A stretch of 64,000 nt of DNA from the NCBI GenBank assembly GCA_043228905.1, contig JBHGNT010000002.1:22506001-22570000 (forward strand). Direction: 5' to 3'. Source of the DNA: Azolla caroliniana. Lineage: Eukaryota; Plantae; Polypodiophyta. Under the pieces are notes generated by a model. That model was given only the letters and a program-made list of their open reading frames with translations. It was not told the DNA's origin and made no database searches. Shown here one piece after another: positions 53,494 through 64,000 of this stretch (within the stretch, counting starts at the first letter, position 1; the number at the start of each line of letters is the position of its first letter). Position numbers and translations under genes: made by a program.

Positions 53494-56400
53494 TGTCGTG
53501 AGTCGTGAATAGGGGGGGGAGAGAGAGAGAGATAAGACATGAAATGGAAATGATATTATATTATGAGAAAACAAGGTTACAAAGAGTAAGCTTAAGGGCT
53601 AAAGACTGGTGTTGAACCGAATCAGTTGTGATAAATGTATAAACACCTATTTATAGATCCTTATGGAGTATTCTAGAATGTTCTAGAATATTTAAGATAT
53701 TTATGATAATAAATATAATAATGAAATATTCAAGAATGTTCTAGAATAATCTAGAATGTTCTAGAATATTCCAAATATCTTGTAATTATTAAAAATATAA
53801 TTATTATAACTACACATCATATATGTTATTACAATGGTGAAAGGTTCAACACATAGACCAAGAAGTTGTGGGTTCGATTCTTGAGAAGCCAAAATGCATG
53901 TCTTTATGACATTATCCCCCCTCTTCGACGACGAGTTCCACGAGTCGGAAGACAAGAATTCGGACTTGGTTTATGGGGATATTTGTTGTGAAATGCAACA
54001 ACCATGTCGGAGGCATTAGCAAGATGCTCGGCAGGCTCCCATATTCAATCATTAGGTGTATAACCTAACCAATCAACCAAATAATATAGTTTGTTGCAGA
54101 TGATCTTGGAGTCGAGAATGGTAGCAACCTCATATTCAGAGCCATCGGAAACTTCGATTGGAGGTGGGGTGGTGTAAGACGACTCGGAATAGAGCTTGGT
54201 GTGTAGGGCTCCAAAATTGAAACATGGAAGATTGGGTGAAGACCCATATGAGGAGGAAGATCAAGGTGAAATGTCCATCATTGATCTTACCAGAGATCAC
54301 ATATGGGCCGAAACGTTGATAATCTAGTTTGTAGCAAGGTCGGGTGGTTTTAATGCTACCTTGTAAGAGCCATACTCGATCACCTACTTGAAAGGTAGTC
54401 GACGAATCATGCCGATGACGGTCAACAACCTTCTTGTGAGTGGTTTGAGCATCACATAAATGGTGCAAAAGTATATCCTAAACTTCTTGGAGTCGGGTGA
54501 GCTGATCTTCAACATCCGGGTTTGTCGGAAGTTCGGGATGTTCAAGCATTGTCCAACGAGGATGGTACCCAATGTTCAGAAAAAATAGGGAATATCCAGT
54601 AGAAGAATGTTCGGAGTTGTTGTAAGCAAATTCCGCCAAATGTAATAGATCAACCCAATCATCTTGTTGATAGTTGACAAAACAATGAAGATATTGTTCG
54701 ATTGTTTGGTTGGTGTGTTCACTCTGCCCATTAGTCTCTGGATGGTAGCCGGAAGAGAGTTTAGAAGAAGTATGTAAGAGTTTGAACATGTGCCACCAAA
54801 ATTTTGAGATGAATTGGGGACCTTGATCACTGATAATATCATCTGGAAGACCCTGATGGTGAAACACCTCCCGCATGAGTAAATCAATTGTCTCTTGTCT
54901 CGTAATGGTCTTCGTGCATGGAAGGAAATGTAAGGAAATGTGCCATCTTCGTAAAATGATCTACTACTGTGAGAATAGAATCAAAACCCTTGGAAGGTGG
55001 AAGATCCGTAATAAAGTCCAAGGAAATAGGTTTCCATGGGCTCTCAGGAATAGGCATTGGTTGTAATAAGCCATATGGATGATGTTGAGGCTTTTTTTAT
55101 TGGCAACATGTATCACAACTACGAACATAATTCGTAACAAAATGGCGAAGCCGTGGTCACAAATATCGCCAAGAAATCAACTCAAAAGTCTTGTGGTGTG
55201 TCATGATATTGTTGCACGACTTCGAGTCGAGAAGGACCGTAAGGCACATACAAGAGAGTTTGTCGAAAAAGTAAACCATCATGCCAACTGAACTCGGTGT
55301 AGTCTAGACGAGGATTTTGAGATTGGGAGCTTGAAGCACGATCTGGGATAATATGGTTCAAAATCTCTTGGGTGAATGCATCAAGAAGCCTTGAATCTCC
55401 TGATGTGTTGATAATATTCATTGCCATTAGTCGTAGACGATTAGGACCTAAGAGGATTTGCTTCTGACTTTCAAATGTGGCATCTCCTGTTTAAAGTTCC
55501 ATATATGAACATCGAGATAAAGCATTTGCTTTTCCTTGTTGCATCCCAGGGCGATATAGAATTAGGAAATCAAAACGAGTTAAGAATTGCGCCCAACAAG
55601 CTTGTCAACGATTCAAGACTCGAGCATTTTGGAAGTATGTTAGATTTTTATGATCATTGTAGACAATACTCTGTGACGCCATTGTTGAAAATAATCCACA
55701 ATGGCAAGAATCTCTTTGTCATGAATCTCATAGTTGATTTCTGCGGCTTCAAATTTCTGTGAGTGAAAAGCTATAGGGTGCAGTTTGCCATCATTGCTAA
55801 TATGGGATAGTACGCTTCTGAGTGCGAAGTCAGATGCATCAACTTCAAGTATAAAGCGCCTCATTGGATCGACATGCATTAACATTGGTGCAGAAATGCA
55901 AAGTTTGTCTTTGTACTCCATACAAATGGTCGATTCTTTTGCGTTAGTTGAGTGAGGGGCAATACAATCTTTGATGAACTTGCGATAAAAGTTTGCGAAC
56001 CCCATAAAACATTGTACATCTCGCACAAACTGTGGTGTTTTCCAACCCATAATTGTTTGAATCTTTGATGGATCCATAGAGATGCCATTTGAAGAGATTA
56101 TGTACTCCAAAAATTCCACTTGACACTGGTCAAAACTACACTTCTCCAAATTTGCATAGAGACCATACTCTCGCAACCGCAACAAAAGTTGGTGAACGTG
56201 TATCTCCTACTCCTCTTGAGTTTTTGAGTAGATCAAGATATCATCCAGGTAAACTATGATGAAGATATCAAGCAAGTCCCGAAAAATGTCATTAGCCATA
56301 TGTTGGAAGCTGGTGCATTCATGAGACCAAATGGCATCACTGTATACTCAAAATGGCCATTGCGAGTGCGGAAAGAAGTCTTCCATTCATCCCTAGGACG

Positions 56401-57001
56401 ATTCGAACAAGGTTGTAGGCACCTCAAATATCTAACTTCGTGAAATATTTTGCTCCACTGAGGCGTTCGAATAGGCTTGAGATCAATGGTAGAGCATATC
56501 GGTTTCGAATAGTCACTTTATTCATGCCCCGATAATCCACGACCATACGAAGCGAACCATCTTTCTTCTTAACGAAAAAGATGGGTACACCAACATGAGA
56601 TCTTGAATGTGGGATAAAACCATTTGTTAGGTTCTCATCGATATATTTTCGAAGAACCTCTAACTCTGTGGGCGAAAGGTTATAAATTGGCCCCCATCGA
56701 GGCTCTTTTCCTGGCTGCAAATCAATCGGGCAATCATATGGTCGATGCTCTGGTAGTCTATTAGCCTTCACGTTATCGAACACATCGGAGAATTCTATAT
56801 AATTCTTTGGTAGTTGGACCCCCAACTCTTGTGGGCTAGATGAAGGAGTTGTTAAAACCACGAACACAAACATGACTTCTTTCCTTCCATCCTCACGTAA
56901 CTTATGTATAGAGATTGTTGAAATTGTGTGGGATCCTAGATCCTTTGTTGGAGTTTCAAGAGATTCGGACTATACCATGACCATTTCAATAGTTATTCTT
57001 A

Positions 57002-57339
57002 TGTGATTAACTACGGGTTAATTAGTACCTAATTATGTGATTAGTTAATAAGCGGAATATTAAATGATATGTGTGTGAGATGAAGAGAGAGAGAGGAAGC
57101 TAACACTTATGAACAACACAAGATGGGGGATGATTAACTCTATATTAACTTAGCATTATCATCATCAAATACAAAAATACCTACAATGAGGTATATATAG
57201 ATCTCATGTGCAAGGGTGCACATGTGTGAGGAGAATATAGGTACAAAGGTGTAAGTTCTATATTAAATGTACTTGGGAGTGGAGGATCTAGAATATCCCA
57301 CTTAAGTACAAGGTCTTATTTAAGGCGTTATAGTCAACA
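57002..57339 (-). mobile_element. Probable solo LTR inserted between PR and RT of the Tcn1-like element
   Basis: AT-rich non-coding insert ending in TCAACA with a TATATATAG box and GA tract. Left edge and TSD are uncertain. Confidence 0.45.
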
Positions 57340-58078
57340 CTTCTAGCTAGATTCTATCTAGGTAACTACGAAGTTACATGGTTGACTAACTAACTAAACT
57401 AAGTTGAGCTTGATCTCTCAACACTTTTTCTCCAATCAATAGATGGGTTATGTAACTCAACCAAGGAAGACCTAGAACTAGGGAGTGCTCTGGACCACTA
57501 ATGATGTTAAATGAGATGACACTTGCCAAATTACCTAGGACTACACGAATTGGTTCAGGCTCTTCGATTATATCACCTGATGTTATAGGGCGACCATCGA
57601 TGACTCCTACAACTACTGGGTTTCGGAGCTTATTCAAGAGGATGTTTTGGGTCAATGCAAACTCGCGATCCATGAATTTACAAGAATTGGCTCCGGAATA
57701 TAGGAGGACAAAGGCTAGGAGTCAATGACTTGTAGATGTGCTAAGCTCGACTTGTGCTGAAAAAACTCTACGAACTTGATTTGATGAAATGGAACCACAA
57801 CTAGGTATTAACTCTACATATCTAGGATGGTCCAACCAAATGGCTCCTATGTTGGCCGAATTTATTCGTTTAACACATCCTCTAATTGGCTCAAGACATC
57901 AAATCGATTCTCATGGAATAAGCTATTAGGCTTACTTAAGTTATTAGAAGTGATAGTAGAACTCGAGGTAGGGTTTTCATGTGCACTTACTTGGTATACT
58001 TGATGTATGGGTTTATGTGGACAATTGACTGCTAAATGTCCTGGACCACCACAATATATGCATAGGAGGTGTTGCGAC

Positions 58079-61000
58079 TGTTGGAGACAATGTCGTCTGT
58101 TGCGGAAGATCAAGAAGCATTCGATTCCTTCCTGTATACCTGCGTATGATAGATTGTATGTCGTTGCAGAGAGAGAGAGAGAGAGGGAGAGAGAGGCACA
58201 AAAGAACTTCTTATTTCATAAAGCAATAATACAACATCCAACATCACAAAGAGGTTACAAGGTCACTATATATAGTGACCGACTTAGGGCAACTACCCTT
58301 TATGCTAATTACATAAATGGCCAAAACGGGATAGTGTGAATACGTCCATTATACACATGTATTCGACACTCCCCCGTAATGGGCGTATACATGGGTTATC
58401 TAAGATTACAGGTATAGACTTAGGTTCTCGGACATATCAGCTTTGTTCGAGTCGGCAGGGTCCGAAGGCAGAAGACCGAACTGGTCGGGTCGGAACAGTT
58501 GAAGCCGATCATTAAGGAACTGATGTCGGTTGTCGGGAACCATCCTGTTCTGTGTCCGGCTCTAACCGGACTGGTTTGTCGTTACGCCCATCTGATGCCG
58601 AAGAGACCGAAAACGGTCTGCCGAGAGACACTTGGTCATTCCATCTGCGACATTGTCGATTGTGGATATTTTCTCTAGACCGATTTTCCCTGAAATGACG
58701 CAGTCCCGAACGAAGTGATATCGAACGTCGATATGTTTGGAGGCGTTGTGGTGAACCGGATTTTTCGACAAGGCAACAGCACCTTGACTGTCGCTGTAGA
58801 CAACTGGAGCCGAGTCATGGTCGACTTGTCGAAACGTGTGCGCCAGCCGACCGAGCCACAAAGCTTCTTTTGCTGCGTCGGACGCAGCTACATATTCTGC
58901 TTCGGTCGTTGAGGTCGCTGTGCATTCCTGAAGTTTCGACTTCCACGAGATTGCTCCATTGCCAAATTTGAAGCAGTATCCGGTTGTTGATTTCCGACTC
59001 TCTATACAGCCGGCGAAGTCCGAGTCGGTGTAACCGACTACGCCTGAGGTTCGGTTCGGACCGAAAAGAATGCCGTGGTCTTTTGTGCCAGCCAGATATC
59101 TGAACACATGCTTGACTGCGTTCCAATGCGATCGGCCAGGATTGTGCATAAATCTGCTAACGACTCCTACGGCATGAGAGATATCAGGCCGTGTCGCGAC
59201 CATTAGGTACATAAGGGAGCCGACTGCCGGTGCATACGGTACCGACTTCATATCTTCCCCCTCCGGACCGGATGTTGGGCAGTCTCGCTGAGAGAGCCGA
59301 AGATTCATGGGGAGCGGGGTTGAAGCAGATTTGGCTGATTGCATGTTGAAGCGTTCCAAGACACGTCCGATATAGTCGGTCTGAGACAAAAAGAGATGTC
59401 GTTTATCGCGATGCCGACTAATTTTCATGCCAAGGATGTGTCGTGCCGGACCGAGGTCCTTCATGGCAAACTTCAACCGCAGTTGCCGAACGAGATCGGC
59501 AAGTTCGCCCGCGTGGCGTCCAGAAATTAGCATGTCGTCCACGTAAATGATGAGGAAGATGGGTGATCCATCTTGAGCGGTGTTGGTGAAGAGACAATGG
59601 TCCTCATCGCTTTTGGAGAAGCCGATCGATTGGATGAAGTCGTCGAACTTCTTGTACCATTGTCGTGGTGCCTGTTTGAGGCCGTATAGACTCTTCCTGA
59701 GTCGGCAGACTAGATGTTCTTGGCCAGTTGCCACGAAGCCTTTTGGCTGCTCCATATAAATTTCCTCCTCAAGATCACCATGGAGGAATGCTGTTTTGAC
59801 ATCTAGCTGGATCAGCTCCAGGTTGTCGGCTGCCACGACGCCGAGTAGAAAACGAAGGGTTGTCATTTTCACCACTGGTGAAAAGATCTCGTCGAAGTCG
59901 ACGCCATATTCTTGTCGGAAGCCCTTCGCAACTAATCTGGCCTTGTACTTTGGGATGGTCGAATCAGACGTCTCTTTTAGTCGATAAACCCACTTGCAAG
60001 GAAGAGCACGTCGGTTCCTAGGTAATTCGACCAGATCCCAAGTCTTGTTTGCCCGGATGGAGTGCATTTCCGACTCCATCGCCAGATGCCAGGTGGCGGA
60101 ATCGACAGATGTCGATGCTTCTTCGTAAGACGTCGGTTCTCCGGCGTCGGTGAAGAAAATTCCAGGAGAATACCTCTCCGGAGGTTGCGACAGTCTCTCG
60201 GATCGTCGAGGTATGATTGGACTGGTCGCATCGGGTATCGAGGTCGGATGGTCCGAAAGCGGATTGTCCTGCTGTGCCGAGTCGGGGTTGTCCGAGTCGG
60301 TAGCGTAAGGTTCAGCTACCCGTGAAGCTGACCGTGTGTTAAGGGCGGGGCCTTCTTGAAGGGTCGGTACATCGGAAAATGTTACCCTTCGGACTTCGGT
60401 CGGTGTTTCGACTGATGGAGTCATAGCCGACTCGTTGAACACAACGTCCGAACTTCGAACGATTTGTCTGTGTTCGGGGTCCCAGAGTCGGTATCCCATT
60501 TCGCCGTCTGATCCATATCCAAGGAAAATGCATTTCCTGGACCGAGGTGCAAGTTTTCGACGATCGTCTTTCGGAATAAGGGCGTACGCCTCGCATCCGA
60601 AGATCCTCAGCTTGTCGTAATTCGGCTTACTGCCGATCCATAGTTCCTGAGGAATTTGAAGTCCTAGAGGTCTACTTGGCGACATGTTGATTATGTGTAC
60701 TGCCGTGAGTAGAGCCTCTGCCCAGAAGCCATCCGACAGTCCGGAGTGTTGGAGCATGGAAACTATCCGTTCTTGGATTGTCCGATTCATGCGTTCGGCA
60801 ATCCCGTTTTGCTCCGGACTGTGTGGTGCCGTATATGCACGTCGGATGCCGCGTTGTCGGCAGAATTTGACGAATTCTTCAGATTTGAACTCTCCCCCAT
60901 TGTCTGTCCGAAAGCATTTCAGCTTTCGGTCGGTTTGATTTTCTACCATAGCGAGCCAATCGGTGAAGATCGAGAAGACCCGATCTTTGGTGCGGATTGG

Positions 61001-63530
61001 ATAAGCCCACACCTTTCGAGTCGAATCGTCAATAAAAGTGACGAAGTAAGAGGCACCGCCAAGAGACTGATGCGGCATTGGGCCGCAGACGTCCGAGTGG
61101 ACTAAATCGAGAGGTCTCGTTTCTCTTGGTGCTGATGTCGGGTGTGATGCGGCTACTTGTTTGCCATACTGGCAATGCTCGCAGAATTGATGGTCGGAGA
61201 AGGAGAGTTTGGGGATGTATCCGGCTCTAGATAGATGCGTGATGCCGGCCTTGCTGAGGTGTCCTAATCTTCTGTGCCATAGTGATGACACAGGAATATC
61301 CACCAAAAACAGGTTACCCTCTCTGAGTGTAACATGTAACGGATACAGTGAGTGTATCTTGGGTCCTCTAGCGAGCAGGAGGTTCCCCCTGTGGAGTGTC
61401 CACCCTCCCGAAGAAAAGCCGGCACGAATGCCGTCTTCATCTAGTTGTCCGACTGAGATCAATGGCCTTGAGAGCTCGGGTACATGTCGGACATTGTGGA
61501 GTACAAGTGTAGAGCCACCGGCGAGGTTGAGCTCTACTGTGCCGATTCCGATGATGTCACAGTGTTGCGAGTTACCGACTCGAACTGAGTCGGAGTGACG
61601 GATCGTATATTGCCGAAATTGGGATCGATGAGGAGTCACGTGAAATGACGCGCCCGAATCTAAGAGCCATGTGCTCGATTCTTCAGTCGTGAGTAGGACT
61701 TCTGATCCGACTGGATTTTCGATTGATAGTATATTCGGGTCGTCCGGTAGTACATCAGCTGAGAAGCTGACGTAATTGATCTCCTCATGCCGGCCACTCT
61801 TCTTGTTGTTTTTGTTCTTGAGTGCGCGGCAGTCGGCTTTGATGTGTCCGGGTTTCTTGCAATAGTTGCAGATTCGGTTATCCCGTGACTGGCTCCGTCT
61901 TCGCTGATTGTTCGGCGGTCGTGAGGAATCTCTTCCTCGTATGTTCGATCGGTCTGTCGAACCTTGTACTACATAAGCGTCGTCTGTTGAGTCTTTGGCG
62001 AAAGACTTTCTCCGAGCTGCTTCGGTCAGGATTGCGCTCGTGACTTCGGAGTATTTAACAGCCGTGGTTGACGCGTTGCACACGGTTGTGACGAAAGTTT
62101 CCCATGATGAGGGAAGGCTGCTCATGAGTATCATTGCTCTGAGCTCATCCTCGATTGCCGTCCCCTGTGACGAGATTTGGGAGCTTATGCTTTCGTACTC
62201 ATTGAGGTGTGCTTGAACCGAATCGGATTCTTTCATCCGCAAGTTGTAGAGGCGCCGGATCAGAAACATCTTCGTTGCGGCGACCTTCTTTTCGTAAGTG
62301 TCCGACAGTGTTTTCCACAGTTCGAATGCTGTCGTACACGATTGCACCGTAAAATATACCGATTCCGATAGGTGCATCCGAATCGTGGCGCGGACGATTC
62401 TGTCCAGCTTCTGCCACTCGATTGGTTTGTATCCTTCTGGAGGTTCTTCATTTTCGATGGGATCGATTTGCCCCTTGACTATGAGATAGTCCTGCATTTG
62501 CTCCTTCCAGAAGTTGAAGTTCGATCCATCGAACTTTCGTAGACTCATCTCTGACGAGCCGGATGTTGATGCCATCAAATTCGGTTTCGGTTGACGAAGC
62601 TCGGTTCGGAGTCGACTACGAACCTTGTTGGAGTGCAGCCGGTTGGCTCACCCGATATCGTTCTAGTCGGATTTGAACCCGAGTAGGTTCGGCTTCGGAA
62701 CTTGCTCGAATTGACTTCGGTAGCTTGAGGGACAGAACCGACTGGTCTTCCCGAATGTTACCGAGTCGGAGTGAGTCCGGTTCACTTCGGATATATATGC
62801 CGAATACCGATTATTAAAACCGATTATCTGGACCGATTCTGCTTCGGGTGGCTGCAGCGACGAGAGAGATGGATCCAACTGATCCTCTCGAATGTCGAAC
62901 AGCCGGATGAAGCACGAATTGGGGTTGTTGTCTTGAGACCGATCTGCACCGAGTGGTTACAACGAGCGGCGATTGATGACCTCTTCGGATGCCGTTTAAC
63001 CGAATGGAGCACGATCGTGTCAATGTTGCACAAGGGGATTTCACCTCGAGCGGTTACGATCACGGAGGACAGAGTACAACCTGCTGGCTTACTCCAAGCA
63101 AAGATGATCTAACGCAATGAGATGCAAACCTGGTTTTTCTTCTTCTTCTCTCTTCTTCGAGTGACGCAGGAAACCGAATGCTGAGACGACGGCCGACAGC
63201 GGATTGAAGGACCGACTACTGTGCAGGCTCTGATACCAGATGTTGGAGACAATGTCGTCTGTTGCGGAAGATCAAGAAGCATTCGATTCCTTCCTGTATA
63301 CCTGCGTATGATAGATTGTATGTCGTTGCAGAGAGAGAGAGAGAGAGGGAGAGAGAGGCACAAAAGAACTTCTTATTTCATAAAGCAATAATACAACATC
63401 CAACATCACAAAGAGGTTACAAGGTCACTATATATAGTGACCGACTTAGGGCAACTACCCTTTATGCTAATTACATAAATGGCCAAAACGGGATAGTGTG
63501 AATACGTCCATTATACACATGTATTCGACA
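58079..63530 (-). mobile_element. Intact Ty1/Copia LTR retrotransposon (Tnt1/Tork-like), 5452 bp
   Basis: 290-bp LTRs 58079-58368 and 63241-63530 with no difference seen. TG...CA ends. Perfect TSD GCGAC (58074-58078, 63531-63535). tRNA-iMet PBS TGGTATCAGAGC (63238-63227). PPT at 58369-58376. Confidence 0.98.
58562..62578 (-). CDS. Copia Gag-Pol polyprotein, 1338 aa, uninterrupted
   Basis: CNYCKKPGHIKADC, WLLDSGASFH, WHRRLGH, HSDVCGP/TDNGGEF/QNGIAER, KARLVAKG, DVKTAFLHG, YVDDML, YTDSDFAG, KHIDVRYH. Confidence 0.98.
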   Translation of the reverse strand: MMASTSGSSEMSLRKFDGSNFNFWKEQMQDYLIVKGQIDPIENEEPPEGYKPIEWQKLDRIVRATIRMHLSESVYFTVQSCTTAFELWKTLSDTYEKKVAATKMFLIRRLYNLRMKESDSVQAHLNEYESISSQISSQGTAIEDELRAMILMSSLPSSWETFVTTVCNASTTAVKYSEVTSAILTEAARRKSFAKDSTDDAYVVQGSTDRSNIRGRDSSRPPNNQRRRSQSRDNRICNYCKKPGHIKADCRALKNKNNKKSGRHEEINYVSFSADVLPDDPNILSIENPVGSEVLLTTEESSTWLLDSGASFHVTPHRSQFRQYTIRHSDSVRVGNSQHCDIIGIGTVELNLAGGSTLVLHNVRHVPELSRPLISVGQLDEDGIRAGFSSGGWTLHRGNLLLARGPKIHSLYPLHVTLREGNLFLVDIPVSSLWHRRLGHLSKAGITHLSRAGYIPKLSFSDHQFCEHCQYGKQVAASHPTSAPRETRPLDLVHSDVCGPMPHQSLGGASYFVTFIDDSTRKVWAYPIRTKDRVFSIFTDWLAMVENQTDRKLKCFRTDNGGEFKSEEFVKFCRQRGIRRAYTAPHSPEQNGIAERMNRTIQERIVSMLQHSGLSDGFWAEALLTAVHIINMSPSRPLGLQIPQELWIGSKPNYDKLRIFGCEAYALIPKDDRRKLAPRSRKCIFLGYGSDGEMGYRLWDPEHRQIVRSSDVVFNESAMTPSVETPTEVRRVTFSDVPTLQEGPALNTRSASRVAEPYATDSDNPDSAQQDNPLSDHPTSIPDATSPIIPRRSERLSQPPERYSPGIFFTDAGEPTSYEEASTSVDSATWHLAMESEMHSIRANKTWDLVELPRNRRALPCKWVYRLKETSDSTIPKYKARLVAKGFRQEYGVDFDEIFSPVVKMTTLRFLLGVVAADNLELIQLDVKTAFLHGDLEEEIYMEQPKGFVATGQEHLVCRLRKSLYGLKQAPRQWYKKFDDFIQSIGFSKSDEDHCLFTNTAQDGSPIFLIIYVDDMLISGRHAGELADLVRQLRLKFAMKDLGPARHILGMKISRHRDKRHLFLSQTDYIGRVLERFNMQSAKSASTPLPMNLRLSQRDCPTSGPEGEDMKSVPYAPAVGSLMYLMVATRPDISHAVGVVSRFMHNPGRSHWNAVKHVFRYLAGTKDHGILFGPNRTSGVVGYTDSDFAGCIESRKSTTGYCFKFGNGAISWKSKLQECTATSTTEAEYVAASDAAKEALWLGRLAHTFRQVDHDSAPVVYSDSQGAVALSKNPVHHNASKHIDVRYHFVRDCVISGKIGLEKISTIDNVADGMTKCLSADRFRSLRHQMGVTTNQSG

Positions 63531-64000
63531 GCGACTATTGAAGAGTATGCTTGTTCTGGTTGGTGGCGTAACATTTGTTGGCGTTCAGAACGTCGCTCAA
63601 ATAGGCGATTATCACATCGCACAACTCGACTTATTGCCTCTGTAAGAGACTTCTGATCGTCGTGGAAAGTAAGAAGAAGATTTTTGACAACCTTACGCAA
63701 TAATTGATCCATTAAGGTTGCCGCATCCCAAGGGATGCTGCATGCCAAGAGACGAAAATCTGCTACGTAAGCTGAAGCGGGGCAATCTCCTTGTCGGAGT
63801 CTTCGAATCTTGTTTGTTGCCGTCCTAGTGCTATCGGTGTCTCCAAAACTAGCTTGAAAATCCTTAATGAATGCCTCAAAATCCTCCAACAACAGTGATT
63901 TCTTCTTGAGAAGTGGTGCAAACCATGCTAATGTTGTACCGCTTAGCAAGGTTCCTACTAATCCCACACGAGCAATGTCAGTTGGGTACCGATTGGGATG

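Larger units (their letters stand above)
53494..64000 (-). mobile_element. Decayed Tcn1-like chromovirus (Ty3/Gypsy); the 5' end lies beyond the window
   Basis: 3' LTR 53494-53911 (TGTCGT...ATGACA), PPT GAAGAGGGGGGATAA at 53926-53912. Chromodomain EYEVATILDS..LYYLVDWLGY....WEPAEHL (~54020-54140), INT (ISDQGPQF, YHPETNGQSE, AEFAYNN), RH (DASD, NYEIHDKE), RT (PEHRPYDCPIDL, KKKDGSLR..VDYR), PR, gag knuckle CIYCGGPGH and gag at 63536-64000. Confidence 0.92.

Noticed and set aside
58715-63112. Plus-strand ORFs within the Copia element
   Set aside because: Antisense shadows of a GC-rich coding region with no independent evidence.

Overview
Eukaryotic land-plant genomic DNA, most likely a non-seed plant such as a fern or lycophyte. 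This is an inference from the Tcn1-type chromovirus, plant-type spliced genes and abundant microsatellites. Four host genes can be reconstructed by hand: DPH3/KTI11 (-), a CYP23-type secretory cyclophilin (+, 8 exons), a cytokinin-response-factor-type AP2/ERF transcription factor (-, 2 exons) and an alpha/beta-hydrolase with a GHSKG motif (+, 7 exons). The rest is repeat-rich. It holds two hAT-type MITEs with 8-bp TSDs (one carries a nested L1 LINE), a MULE-type MITE, a second LINE tail, degraded Copia relics and a complete but decayed non-chromovirus Gypsy. At the right end is a nest: LTR remnant > Tcn1-like chromovirus > probable solo LTR plus an intact Copia with identical LTRs. The best leads are (1) a cyclophilin with an extra transmembrane exon and a GC-AG intron, (2) a Gypsy element that looks arthropod-like, (3) a very recent, potentially active Copia, and (4) a 36-bp minisatellite that reads as 12-aa repeats running toward the hydrolase start. 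No clearly new multi-gene system is evident. Homology calls are from motif recognition and memory, not database searches.
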